This document shows, piece by piece, positions 1 to 17,519 of a stretch of 64,000 bases of DNA. The position numbers were made by a program, and so were the translations under genes. The stretch is from the human T2T-CHM13v2.0 reference genome, Homo sapiens. The notes below the pieces were generated by a model that ran no database searches, was not told the origin of the DNA, and saw nothing but the letters and a program-made list of their open reading frames with translations. The stretch lies in assembly GCF_009914755.1 (NCBI RefSeq), contig NC_060942.1. One strand, written 5' to 3'. Each line of letters opens with the position of its first letter. The first letter of the stretch is position 1.

Positions 1-1449
1 GGAATTTTGGTCAGTGAAGTTGCCAAGGGTTGGTACAGTAAGCAAGCGTGTGGTGTGGTGGGGCAGGAGATATGTGGGTAAGGTGGGAGGGTAAAATGCC
101 TCATATCAAGCAACTGAGTGAGCGGGGGACAAGTCCCATCAACATTCTGTAAGAGGGTTATCATAGTGGAATCTTTTCTCCTCTACATACCTTGAGACCT
201 CTGACTTGGGAGAAAGATATCATTTGTTCTGAAGCAGGAGACTCCACCCACCAGAAACTTGCAGGTTTAAGAAACAAATGGGGATGGCCCCTGAGTTGTT
301 TGCCTATTAAGGGGAGGTGACAGCTCCTTTGTGGAGGAGGGGAGGGTAATGGGTAGCCCTCCATCGACAGCTCTTTCCACTCCTGAGAAAAGAGGAAAAC
401 ATCAGTGCTGAAGAAGCCAGTCTGTTTGCTAGAAGACATGGGTCCACCCTAGGGAACTCGAAGAGGATACAAACTAGACCAGTGTCCCAGCAGAGGGATG
501 GAATGGTGGGGAAAATTACTCCCTTTTTATCTTTCAGCCTTAGAAGTAGGAAGAGGTTCTACTCTCTACAAATTAGAGACTAAGTTAGTTGCCCAGGCAC
601 TTAAGAGAAGTATATTGTTCACAAAGATAAACAATGCAAAATTCCATCAAAATGCTGGGAGACCAATGAAATGGTTGTAAAACGGATTCCCTAGGTATCT
701 GACAGCTTTGGAGTAGGGAAGATGAGAGTAGGTCTATTGGAGAGAGTTGGTTTTCTAGGCACCAGGAGGGTCAAGGGCCAAGTTATTTGGATCCTTGAAA
801 ATGAATTTTAGATCTACTCTCACACCCTCATCTTCATGCCTCACATCCTGGAAGAGAGATATGGAGAAGTCAAACAGTTGGTTACTCAAAATTGTCCATT
901 TTCAGGAGAGGGAGGAAAGATGTGGAACTGAGTCAGGCTAGAAACAGAACTGGCTGTAGAGGCCTGGAAAGGGCTGGGAAAGGCTGGCACTTCCACCAAA
1001 ATCCCCTGATGGAGGGTGACGAGTAGGACAGACAAAAAAGTCGCCCGGCAGTGGATGCTCTCAATCTGTGCATGGAAAGGAAGGAGTCACTGGGTAACCG
1101 GGAGCCAAGAACAGCATTATCCTGATGTCTTTCCTTAAGGCAACCTCTATCCTGGGGCAAAGAGAAGGAACTTGGGGAGTTCCATCAAGTAGGTATAGTA
1201 AGCAAGGGTGTGGTGTGGTGGGGCAGGGGATGCTATACTATAGTTTAGCATTAATTATGTTTGGTTAGAAACATTGTTCTGTTGGCCTTTCTGTGTCCTG
1301 TTGAAAACATTGTTTATCACAGCCTAACTGCTGGCAGAGTTTCTCAAGCCCTGATTAGAATGCGGCTTCTAGGGGAAGGGAGGGTTAGGAGACTTCAATT
1401 CTATGGGACAATCACTCTGAGAATTGAAAATGCCACCCAGAGATAATAA

Positions 1450-1895
<446 letters not shown>

Positions 1896-2623
1896 TAGGG
1901 TTTGGCCTTTGTTCGGTGATTCTAAGAAGGAATGGTTAGTCTTTTTTTTTCCAACTACGGTACAGCATTAATTATGTTTGGTTAGAAACATTGTTCTGTT
2001 GGCCTTTCTGTGTCCTGTCGAAAACATTGTTTATCACAGTCTGACTGCTGGCAGAGTTTCTCAAGCTCTGATTAGAATTAAGGGTCCTGTTTGGGGAAAG
2101 TAACTGCATAGAAGGCCATAGAAAAGGCTCAGTAGGACTGTAGTTCCAGAGGAGCACTCTGTGAAAATTTCAACCACAGCAGAGGAAAATGGGGACTTCG
2201 ACTTGTATGGAGATAGGAGGCTGCTCGGCCGCTGTGAAAAATCTAAGGGGAGCCCTGCATCAGATATCCAGAAGCTGTTTCCTGCATTTCCAAGGATGCT
2301 GTGCCCTGTAAGAAGATTTAGAGATGTGTGAGAGACGTAGGGACGTGAGGAGAGAACAGCAAAATTATATAAAGTGTAAGATATTGTGTACTTCCCCTTC
2401 CTGTTGTGGTTGGCTTTGAGCTAGAACACCTTGAGGATTTGGCTTTGAGTTACAAGCAGTTAGTTTCTCTTAGGCTAGCAAAGCTGGAGACAATACACAA
2501 GTGTATACTTCCTTTTCTTCTGAAAAAGCAACAAGGTTGGATAGATTTAGTTTTGCACATGTGAGGCAAAAACATTCTCTAAAATGAAAAGGGTTGACAT
2601 AACAGGGAATCTAAAATGTTCAG

Positions 2624-2628
<5 letters not shown>

Positions 2629-2666
<38 letters not shown>
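2629..2666. repeat. (GT)19 microsatellite
   Basis: Direct reading. Confidence 0.95.
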
Positions 2667-2668
<2 letters not shown>

Positions 2669-3096
2669 ACTTCTTTATTCTTTTTTGAGAAGCTTTCTTT
2701 TTTTTTTTTTTTTTTTTTTAGGTTTACATCACCGGAACAGGAGGAGGGACACACCCAACAGCTGTAGAAGCAGGAAATATCTAATACAAAACTAAAGTAC
2801 AAAAACATGAAAACAGAGTCTTTGCGCATATTTTGTTCCTGCTGACTGCCTTGAAAAAGTCTACATTTCCTATACATATGATTGGGAATGGGGAGGGCTT
2901 GGTTCTCCTTGTGCAACATATTCAGCATGATTTAGGCAGTTTTATCTCTGCAAATTTATTGTTTCCTTTGGAGAAGTATTCATTTTCTAAATCACATCTC
3001 AGAAGTATCAAGAGTTATGTACCACAGGACAGCAGGGGGCAATTATAGAAGTCAGATTCACGTCAAGCCAGAGTACATTCTGTGAGGAGGAACTGA

Positions 3097-3432
<336 letters not shown>

Positions 3433-3701
3433 TAAATTAACTATTAATAGGGATATTTAGAACTGAAAAATACACATTTTGAGGAATGTGACAAAAAGTG
3501 TCCTTATTTTTCATAATTGATATGGTTATGGATGGCTAATGACCTGTGTGCTATAGGATCTGTGTATCTTGTGTGGGGATGCTGCATTCTAACTCTAGAA
3601 CCGGCCAATTGCCTTGTAAGGGGAGGATGAGTAATATAGTTTTAGAGAAGAGATTATTTCTCTCTAAAGAAAGTGAAACTTAGATAAGAAACAGAAATTT
3701 A

Positions 3702-4007
<306 letters not shown>

Positions 4008-4009
4008 CT

Positions 4010-4428
4010 ATGTTTTTAGAACAGTTTTAGGTTCACAGCAAAATGGAAAGAAAGGTACCTCCTGCCCCCACACATGCCAGCTCCCTGGTTTTCAACATTG
4101 CCCACCAGAGAGCAGCATGTGTTACAATGAGGGAATCTATGCAGATACATCATAACCACGGAATGTCCGTAGTTTACATAAGGGTTCACTCTTCATGTTG
4201 CACATTCTTTGGGTTTGGACAAATGTATAAGTGACATGTATTCACCACTATGGTATCAGACAGAATAATTTAACTGCCCTAAAAATCCTCTGTGTTTTGC
4301 CTGCCCATCCCTCCTCTTCGCAGCCCTTGGGCAACCACTGATCATTTTCCTGTCTCCATAGTTTTGCCTTTTCCAGAAATGTCATATACTTGACATCATT
4401 CAGTATGTAGCCTTTTCAGATTGGCTTC
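4010..4428 (-). mobile_element. L1MC-type 3' fragment
   Basis: TTTTAGGTTCACAGCAAAA...GGCAACCACTGATC...GTAGCCTTTTCAGATTGGCTTC is typical antisense L1M 3'UTR. Confidence 0.75.
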
Positions 4429-4475
4429 AATATATTCTTTTCTATATCCATCACCTTTTTTGTCCCATTTGGTTC

Positions 4476-4660
4476 AGTGTTTCTCAAAATGTGGTGTTTG
4501 AACTATCTCTGTCAGAACCACATGAAAGTTGTTAAAAATATACATTCTCAGTCTCATATTTGACTGATTCAAAATATTAATATCTGGGTGTGGAACCTAG
4601 GAATTTGTATTTTAAACACACAGTACAGGTTATTCTTACACATACTATAGTCTGAACACC
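4476..4660. mobile_element. MER5-like hAT MITE
   Basis: CAGTGTTTCTCAAAATGTGGT...GGAATTTGTATTTTAAACA. Confidence 0.6.
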
Positions 4661-4724
4661 AGCAAAGTCTCTACTATGCTGCCAGGAATTAAGGTGGGGA
4701 CGTATGTTCATAAAAGGTGATAGT

Positions 4725-5032
4725 GGCCGGGCGTGGTGGCTCAGTCCTGTAATCCCAGCACTTTGGGAAGCCGAGGCAAATGCATCGGCCTCCTGACCTG
4801 AGGTCAGGAGTTCGAGATTAGCCTGGGCAACATGGCAAAATCCTGTCTCTACAAAAAATACAAAAATTAGCCAGGCATAGTGGTGGGCACCTGTAGTTCC
4901 GGCTACTAGGGAGGCTGAGGTGAGAGAATCTCCTGAGCTCAGGGAGGTGGAGGCTGCAGTGAGCTGTGATTGCACCACTGTACTCCAGCCTGGGCGACAG
5001 AGTGAGATCCTCTCCCAACTACAAAAAAAAAA
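4725..5032 (+). mobile_element. Alu (AluJ-type)
   Basis: Dimer with GAGGCTGCAGTGAGCTGTGAT. Confidence 0.9.
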
Positions 5033-5890
5033 GTAATAGGATTTACAAAAAAGGAGCTAGCAGTGATAGCAATAGAAAGGGACCCCAAAGGGAAGATCGG
5101 GGCTTCAAAGTCTAGCTATTCTACAGAGCCCATGTGTAAATTCCCCATCTGTTGCCAATTGTATAGTTTTAATTTGATTGATATTGCAGGAGCTAGCGAT
5201 TTCCTGCAGACTTTGACTCTTTCTCTCTGGAGAAGCCTAGAAATACCTTATGTATTATTTGACAACAGATGAAGCCTGAGGTTTTCATCTTGGACTACCG
5301 TTAAATCCTTACGAAAGTGACCTTCTTTGAACTAGACAATACCTCCTGTAACCATTTTAGTAGGATCTCCCTTGAGTTTCAGTTCTACCTTCTCCAAGTT
5401 CTACAAAGACTCCTCATCAGTATTTCATGTGGAACCCAAATGAAAGATTGGGAATTGCTGATCAGTCTGCTGTGTAGCCTAATGAGGCCTGGACACCTGA
5501 GTGATGACACAGACACACAGGAGCCCCAATAATAATTTATACTTGCTCTTTGTCACACATGCATGCCATGCACACCCTACTCTATGTCTCTGTATGGTCA
5601 GTCCCTCCTTCCCTCTTTCCTTTCCTTCCCTCCATATGCCTTATGCCATTGCTAATCTCCTATAGAAGCAAAACTCACGCTTTGTTCTGCTTCCAGTATG
5701 ATTAAGCACATCACATACTATAGATAGGAACAAAATCAAACCACTTCACATTCTTAAGAAAAACTTAAAAGAATAGGGTCATCCTGATTGGTTCTGGTCT
5801 CCAAAATAATAAACTCTAAAAAATTTGCAGTGAGCCTGGATTCTCTAAATAATGCTGTCCCTGACTTTTGCTATGCTGATATGAATGATC

Positions 5891-6196
<306 letters not shown>

Positions 6197-6465
6197 TGAA
6201 TGATTTTTGCATATATGATACCTGTATGAGTAAGTGGCTTTTTTCCTCACCTTCAACAGGCTGATATAAATTTAGTGCCCTGATAATTTTGTCTTTCTTT
6301 CCATTTGAATACTTGTGTTTTCAATTTGCTGAGCCACTCTTTCTGGCTTCATCAGAAAGAAGTCTGACACCCTTACACTGACAGCAAGTAAAGTTTCTCT
6401 TTCCTGGTCTCTTTTTCTTCTGTTTTTAATTTTCAGAGTAGAATTAGGCTTTTTAAAATAATACA

Positions 6466-6612
6466 TATTTTTAAACTGACAAATAAAAATTGTATATATT
6501 TACTGTGTACAACAGGATGTTTCAAAATATATATACATACCCTACTGGAGTGGGTAAATCAAGCTAATTACCATATGCATTACCTTATATACTTATTATT
6601 TTCATTATGAGA
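6466..6612 (-). mobile_element. L1MA-type 3' end fragment
   Basis: AAAATTGTATATATTTACTGTGTACAAC...AAATCAAGCTAATTACCATATGCATTACC. Confidence 0.7.
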
Positions 6613-6812
6613 ATCTCTTTCTTCTTCTAAATGCAGAAGTCTCCTGAGGATCCCTGTGGCACTCTCTTCCAAGCCTTTGTACTGTGCTCTTGGGAATCCC
6701 TTCTATTGCAGTAATAGCACTTCTCTCCCCCAGCTCAATGAAAGCATCATCATCTACCCAGTGACCTAAACCCTAAACTTGGGAGTCATCTGTGATTCCT
6801 ACCTCTGCTCAC

Positions 6813-7104
6813 TTTTTTTTTTTTTAATACAGAGTCTTGTTCTGTTACCCAGGCTGGAGTGCAGTGGCACGATCTCGGCTCACTGCAACCTCTGTCTCCT
6901 GGGTTCAAGCAATTCTCTGCCTCAGCCTCCTGAGTAGCTGGGATTACAGGCACCTGCCACCACACCTGGCTAATTTTTGTATTTTTAGTAAAGATGGGGT
7001 TTCACCACATTGGCCAGGCTGGTCTTGAACTTCTGACCTCGTGGTCCACCCACCTCAGCCTCCCAAAGTGCTGGGATTACAGGTGTGAGCCACTGTGCCC
7101 GGCC
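6813..7104 (-). mobile_element. Alu (AluS-type)
   Basis: Full dimer; no clear TSD. Confidence 0.92.
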
Positions 7105-7940
7105 AATGAATGAATACTTCTAATAAAGTGTCACAGTTATTTCTGTTTTTTGCCTGTTTTTTTTTTTTATTTTTAATCTGTCTTTTTAATCTTGTGTTCA
7201 GTGCTCATTGAATTGCCCTTTGTTGCACAGCTAGCTAGAAAGGGATTAGGTTTGGCACCTGGGAGCACAAGTCCTCACTCCCAGATCAATTTACTTGTCC
7301 CTAACACCATGTTGCCTCTTTAATGCTCTGCAAATAAAACTATTATAACACACCCCTCCTCTGAGTGCTTCTCTAGGCTCACAAACCACAGTTTCAGTTT
7401 CTTTTCTGATAATCAGTTTCATTTCTTCATAGTCACATCTCTTGTTGGCAAGCATCACGTTATTTTCCAGCAGCATGTTTCAAATATTGAAATCCCTCAT
7501 CCTTGGGGAACTATAGCTGTTTAATTATTTAAAATAGCATGAAAATAGGTGTTTCAATCAACCACAGTATTTAATGTTTCTGGTAATAGATACCATCTGA
7601 GAAGGAGCTCAGTATATTTACTGATAAAGCACTTTGCCTCCAACTTCTAATTGACCAAAACAAGGTCTATTAAAACTGAAATTCAGAAAAAACTTAACTA
7701 ATTTTGCCCAAATTTCAAACAATACTAACAAACATTAGAATTTATTGTGAACTTGATTTATGGCCCTCATCAGACTATGATAATTTTTTCAAAACAATGA
7801 TATATCTTAATATTTCAGCATTAAGTCCTATACATAGTTTCAGAGGATTTCAAGGAAAGTTGAGAATTTGTTGTGAATACATATATAAGACATAGAGAAA
7901 GCTGAATTAATGTAAAAATGGCTGAGTTCATATTTTATGA

Positions 7941-8390
<450 letters not shown>

Positions 8391-8439
8391 TGAATGACAG
8401 TTATTATTATGACAACATTCACAGTAGAATGTCAGTCCT

Positions 8440-8930
8440 TGGTGGATAAATCAGGGTTTTTAGTTACAAGGAAAAGAAACCACCTCTGGTTCCTTTAAAA
8501 GTAGAAATATTATTTGTGGCTAGGAAATTGGGTAGCTTGTGGCTTTGCTGGGAGTTTGGCCAATCTGACTTGAAAGCTACATAGTCAGAAGCATAGCTAA
8601 AATCATGAACTGGTTCCATGGGGATACCACTGCTACCTGTCCCTTGCACAGCTAACACTATTCCACCCTAAGGTACATGTGCCTCTGTTGCCTCCACAAA
8701 CTGGATACTGGTGCTGCTGCCCCATCAATCTCTGACAGACTGAGTCCTATTCATGTGCATACATCTCGACTGCAGGGGAGACGGGAAAAAGGAGCATCTG
8801 GCCTCCTTCAGTGGGAGGTGGGCTCTGTCTGCCCCTCAGATTTATATGATGGGGAATCCCCCAAACATCAGAAGGGACTGAGATGCTGGACAGCCAAAAA
8901 CATGCAAGTATGCACAATACTTCCCCGGGA
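8440..8930. mobile_element. Ancient MLT1-like LTR fragment
   Basis: CAGGGTTTTTAGTTACAAGGAAAAGAAACCACCTCTGG-like start; heavily diverged. Confidence 0.45.
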
Positions 8931-8999
8931 GCCACAGATTTTGGAGACTGGCTTAACTACTATCTTTTTCATATACCCCGCATTTGATCCATTAATGCA

Positions 9000-9722
9000 T
9001 CTGTCAGTTGCGCCTTAAAAATCTGACCCCTTCTGCTCAGCTCCACCACTGCCAGCCCAGCTCATGTCCTCGCTATCTTGTGCCTGGATTATTGAATCAG
9101 TTCTTAACAGGTAGGCTGGCCTCTGCATTTGGCCCCTGACAGTGTATCTTCAATAGAGCAGTCAGAGTAGTTCTCTGTAAAAATATTTCAGACCATAACA
9201 CACCTCTACTCCAAGTCTTCCAACACATCCCATGTCGTTTGAGGTGAATGCCAAAGTTATCACAATGGCCTCCGAGGCCCTGCATGATCTTTTCTTCCCA
9301 TAATTCCCACTCTTCCCCATTGATCTCTCTGATCGCCCCCTCTGTAACTATATCATATCATCCTGCCAAAACTCTGATCTTTGCACTTGTTTTTCCCTCT
9401 GCCAGGAACACTTGTCTCCTAGATCGTTACACAACTTGCTCCTTTACTTCCTTTAGCTTTCTGCTCAACTTAAGAAAGATGTCTTAACAATGTCACCTTA
9501 TCAGAGAGATCTTCTCTGACTTTATATCAAAGTGTGACCATCCAGCCCCTAGCACTCTGCATCCTTAATTTTTCACCACAGCACATTGATCTCCATCTGA
9601 CATTCTGTATATTTGTTCATTTTTTTCTGTCTCCCCCTATAGAATGTAAGCACCATGAAGATAGAGACTTCTATTTGTTATCTCAATTTCTACACAATAT
9701 GTGTTTGCTGAATGGATGAATG
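9000..9722 (+). mobile_element. L2 LINE 3' fragment
   Basis: TGCCTGGATTATTG..., TTGCACTTGTTTTTCCCTCTGCCAGGAAC, AGAATGTAAGCACCATGAAG, ending TGCTGAATGGATGAATG. Confidence 0.75.
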
Positions 9723-10846
9723 ATGATAGATCTTTCGTAACTGTCACTTTATCATCTAACTAAGGTATAAAGTATGCACAAAATGGTGTCCCTTCTTTCC
9801 ACTCTTGCCAGAGTTTTATTTTTAGGATAGATCTTATTATGCCATACCCACTTATAAAAATTTTTTATTGCTTCTGACTGCCAAGAGCCATGCTTCTCAA
9901 TTTGGGATACAAGGGGGTGAGGAAATCACAGGATAAAGCCATACATTTTTCTAATCCAGAGAGTCAATTTTACTTATAGAACCTGGGGCCAGGGGAGAAG
10001 TTCCCAATTTTATTTGTCTTGAAAATTTCTGCCACATGTGTGTATACATGCAAGTGAAATTAGCAGAATCATGTTTTCCTATTTAGTTCAGTTGGGTGAA
10101 ACCCATGAAAAGCCAAGAAGGAGAAAATTTTCTATAAGCAGTGAGTGATTTAAAAAGTTGGTCTTTCTGTGTTGTTAGGGAACCTGGTCTATTAGCGCTG
10201 TAATTGAATCAGAATGCACAGGGTAATTATGAACAGTATGAAATATCAAGGGTTGTGGGATCTGATAATGAGGTTGATGTGGAAATAAACAGCAGCTTTC
10301 CAACCACAACTAAGCATTTGGTAAGCAATTTACAAAGCAATACTAGTCAATTTAGAAAGCTTATGATGTACTCAGGTTTTTACTGAACCTCAGGTATTAC
10401 TATTATGGAAACACAGTTGACCATAATTCTAAGTGTCTCTTGTGTGAGAAAGCACTGAGCAAAAAGAGGAGGAAATTATCACAAGTGATACCTAAAAAAC
10501 AACCACATATCTTTAAGGCAGCAATGGCATAAAAAAAAAAAAACAAAGCAAAACCAACTACATGACACTCCGGAAAAGGAATAAGATGAGGTGGTTTGCT
10601 CCAGTGGACATCAAAATATAATACAGCTAGAGTAATTAAGGAAGTGTAGTATTAGTAGAGAGGGTGAAAAATTGACCAACAAACAGGCTAGACAATCCAG
10701 GAACAGAGGCATGCATTTATGGAAACTTGGTATGTAACAGTACGTCACACATAATACAGCAGGGGAAGGATAAACTATTCAATAAATGATGATCAGACAA
10801 TTTGAAAAAAAAAAGGAGTTGGAGCCCCTTTTAGTATAATACATAA

Positions 10847-11632
<786 letters not shown>

Positions 11633-11799
11633 CTACCATTCATTAAAAGGTCTCACAAAGAAAGGGAAATTACAAATCACAAACTGGGAAAAGATGTTAT
11701 ATAGACATAACCAACAAAATTTGAGTTCCACAATATGTGGAGAACTTTAAAAAAATCAATAGGAAAAAATCAAGTAATTTCATCAAAAAACCAGCACAT

Positions 11800-11958
11800 T
11801 TAGCCAGGTGTGGTGGCCCGCACCTGTAGCCCCAGCTACTTGGGAGGCTAAGGTGGGAGAATACCTTGAGCCAGGAGGCTGAGGCTGCAGTGAGCCTGAT
11901 TGTGCCACTGCACTCCAGCCCAGGCAACAGAGCAAGACCCTGTGTAAAAAAAAAATAA
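11800..11958 (+). mobile_element. Alu right monomer (AluJ/FRAM-like)
   Basis: TTAGCCAGGTGTGGTGG...GACCCTGTGTAAAA. Confidence 0.85.
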
Positions 11959-12310
<352 letters not shown>

Positions 12311-12344
12311 TTAGGAAATACACGTATGAAAAGGTGCTCAATCT

Positions 12345-12641
12345 GTTTTTTTTTTTTTTTTTTTGAGACAGAGTCTTGCTCTGTCATCCAGGCTGGAGTG
12401 CAATGGTGTAATCTCGGCTTACTGCAACTTCCGCCTCCCAGACTAAAGCAACTTTCGTGCCTCAGCCTCCCAAGTAGCTGGGATTACAGGCAGGTGCCAG
12501 AACGCTGGCTAATTTTTTGAATTTTTAGTAGAGACGGGGTTTTGCCATGTTGGCTAGGCTGGTCTCGAACACCTAGCCTCAGTTGATCTGCCTGCCTCGA
12601 CTGAGTGCTGAGATTACAGGTGTGATCCACCACACCCAACC
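12345..12641 (-). mobile_element. Alu (AluS-type)
   Basis: Dimer; TSD CTCAATCT. Confidence 0.9.
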
Positions 12642-13472
12642 TCAATCTCATTTATAATGAGGTAGGTGCAAATTACAACCACAATGAGGTACTATTTCAC
12701 ATCTACCAGATTGACAAACATTTTCAAAAGTAAAACACTCCTACATGTTGACAAGGTAGTGGAGCAGCAGGTCTTCTATACTGCTGGAAAATAATTTGGC
12801 ATTATCAGGTAAGTGTGTAAATTAGCCATATTCTATGACATTTCATATATAACCTATGCAATATTATATCCATTGCATAAGAACATCATGATACAACAGA
12901 CACATACTCATAGAAGCTTGATTTCTAAAAAGTAAAAGCAAATAAAGAAACCAAAGACCTGGAAATAATTTAAATGTTCATTGATAGGAGAATGGAAAGA
13001 CAGTGGTGTACTCGTATCAAGAAATACTATATAACAATAAAACAGAATAAAAAAAGAATGAACTACAGTAACTTGCATCAACATTATTGAATCTTACAAA
13101 TATGATGAACAAAAAATGAGCAGAAGAATGTATATATGTACACATAGTTCAAAAACTCAAAAACTAAATAATTTATTACAAACAGAAGGAAAACAAATAC
13201 CTACAAATTTCAGAATAGAGAATACTTCAGTAGTAGAGAGATGTCATTTTGGAAGGGGCTTACTGGGGTCTTTAAAAGCATCAATAATGCTCTTTTATTT
13301 AAGTTAATGGTTTTAAGACAGATGTGTTTGTCTTTTCACAGACGTTTAGATTATGTATACTCTTTTGTATGCATGAAATATTTCATGATATAAAAATGTA
13401 GAAACAGACTGAACAAGAAAATGTAAAGTGTTTGTAGAGGTACTGGCAGTTTAAGAACTCAATAAATTCTAA

Positions 13473-14149
<677 letters not shown>

Positions 14150-14451
14150 AAGAAAAGGATTTATAGGCATTGATAGAGTGCCTTGAAGAAAGAGAAAGGC
14201 AAAGGATTCTATCCAGATTAAAAAAGAGATTCCCTGTAGGGTGGTAAAATGGCCTGGTTCCCCCCTCCCCAAAATAGCTATATGTATATATAGGCAAATG
14301 GGATTAAAAATAACCCTTGCAAATGGCGCTTATGTCCTAAACAGCACAAAAGCAGCAGGAAGCCACTAGATGTAAACAGGTTGCCTTGTAGACATGGATG
14401 AGCCTCTACCCCTACCACCCAGAAGCATCAAACTTGTTAAAACTGGGAATG

Positions 14452-14788
<337 letters not shown>

Positions 14789-14985
14789 CTACCAGTTTGG
14801 TAGATTTGGGGCTCTAAGTCACAAATTATATTACAGAAAGTATTTTAACTGGCAAAGCCTGAATTCATGTCACTACAATTGTTTTTCTCTCTCCAGAAAT
14901 AATAAAAATAAATAAATTTGAGAAGATAGAGGTATTAAAAAAATCACTTTCATCCTGTAGAATTCCCCACAAATGGGCAAAATAA

Positions 14986-15309
<324 letters not shown>

Positions 15310-15343
15310 TTGCCCTTTATTTTCCAGGTATTTTTATTTTTTT

Positions 15344-15449
15344 ATAATGTGGAATGTTTCCCGAATTTGTGTGTCTTCCTAGTGCAGGGGCCATGCTAAT
15401 CTTCTCTGTATCATTCCCATTTTAGTATATGTGCTGCCAAAGCAAGCAC
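15344..15449 (-). pseudogene. U6 snRNA retro-pseudogene (full length, diverged)
   Basis: Reverse complement GTGCTTGCTTTGGCAGCACATATACTAAAATGGGAATGATACAGAGAAGATTAGCATGGCCCCTGC...; A-rich tail 15331-15343; TSD ATTTTC(C/T)AGGTATT at 15319-15332 and 15451-15464; no snRNA promoter evident. Confidence 0.93.
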
Positions 15450-15709
15450 AATTTTCTAGGTATTATTATTTGGGGGAAATTTAATCTCATCAGCAAATCC
15501 TAACAAGACTGCTTTTTCTTTTCCTTCTTTTTGCCAGCTACCGTATATCTGCAATATTTTTTCAAACTTGTCTCATCTCAATGTACAGATACAGTGCTAT
15601 TCTCCATATCGGGATTTTTGTAAGCCTACCTCTATTGTGGGAGTGGACCACACAGGGGCTTGGCTGCATGACTAGCTTTGGCCAGTGGGACATTAGAAAA
15701 CGTGATGCA

Positions 15710-16017
15710 GGCCGGGTGCGGTGGCTCACACCTGTAATCCCAGCATTTTGGGAGGCCGAGGCAGGTGGATCACTTGAGGTCAGGAGTTGGAGACCAGCCT
15801 GGCCAACATGGTGAAATGTCATCTCTACTAAAAATAGAAAAATTAGCCCGGTGTGGTGGCGCGCACCTATACTCTCAGCTACTAAGGAGGCTGACGTGGA
15901 AGAATTGTTTGAACTCAGGGGACAGGGGCTGCAGTGAGCTGAGACCACGCACTGCACTCCAGCCTGGGTGACAGGGTGGGGCTCAGTCTCAAAAAAAAAA
16001 AAAAAAAAAAAAAGAAA
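15710..16017 (+). mobile_element. Alu (AluS-type) inserted in the MLT1 LTR
   Basis: TSD AGAAAA(C/T)GTGATGCA at 15695-15709 and 16018-16032. Confidence 0.92.
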
Positions 16018-16782
16018 AGAAAATGTGATGCAAGCAGAACTTCCATAAGCACTTGCACACTGGAGCCTTTTCTTTTGGAACGCTGTGACAACCAAGTAAG
16101 AAGCCAAGTTATGCTATTAGAGATGCCTACTAGAGGAAAATTGATGCGCTCCAACCAACAGCCTTAGCTAATTGCCAGCCATGTGAGTGAGGCCATTGTG
16201 AGCCATCCAGCCTTGGTGAAGCTACCAGGTGATTGCAGCTGTTGAAGTGATCTCAAGTGAGACCAGCAGAAGATCTCTTCAGCTGAGCTTAGCCCAAATT
16301 GTCGATCACAAGCAAATAAATGATTCCTCTTTAAGCCACTAAGTTATTTTTATTTTTAAAAATATAAAGCTACGTATTGATCGCCATTCAGCAGTATCTG
16401 CAAGAAAGTAAGCAATACACACTCAGGTAACAACATTCTTATTACTATAGTGTTATTGTTTTTCCTGGCTTCTTCTGAACCAGTAACCTAAATAGTGAAA
16501 TGATTGAGCCTACATGTAATGAATGGGTTGAGGTAAAGAAAAAGCATGCAAGTCAAGAGTTTACATTGCAATTGTTCACCCATGTATGCCACCAGGTCTC
16601 AAACAGCAACATCTCTAACCATCTATTTAGTTTCATGAGCAAAGACATTCCATGAATTATGACCTTTTGGCCAATATAGCATAAGATTTTCAACTTTTTG
16701 TAAAGAAATGGCTCTTTAGAAGGAACCTTTAAATGCCCACTTAGCTAAGCCTTGCTTGGCTAATTAAAACACACCAGTATTG

Positions 16783-17080
16783 GGCTGAGAGTGGTGGTTT
16801 ATGTCTGCAATCCCAGCACTTTGGGAGGCTGAGGTGGAAGGATCGCTCAAGGCCAAGAGTTAGAGCAGCTTGGAAAAGAAAGCAAGACCCTGTCTCTACA
16901 AAGAAATTTTAAAATTAGCTGGGTGTGGTGGCATATGTCTGTAGTCCTAGCTACTTGCGAGGCTGAGGCGGAAGGATTGCTTGAACCCAGGAGTTCAAGG
17001 CTGCAGTTAGCTATAATTGTACCACTGCACACCGTCCTTGGCAACATAACAAGACCCTGTCTCAAAAAAAAAAAAAAAAA
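16783..17080 (+). mobile_element. Alu (AluJ-type) inside the CBX3 retrocopy 3'UTR
   Basis: Dimer; TSD CACA(C/T)CAGTAT. Confidence 0.9.
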
Positions 17081-17219
17081 GCCACATCAGTATCTGTCTG
17101 GTTTCCTCATCTGAGTGCAGAGGTTGTTGGTGATAAAATTTCTCCTTTTAGAAGGTTTTGCAAATAAACTGTTGCTTTTATATGACTATAGCTATAGACA
17201 TTATGGACTCTGACCTGGC

Positions 17220-17519
<300 letters not shown>

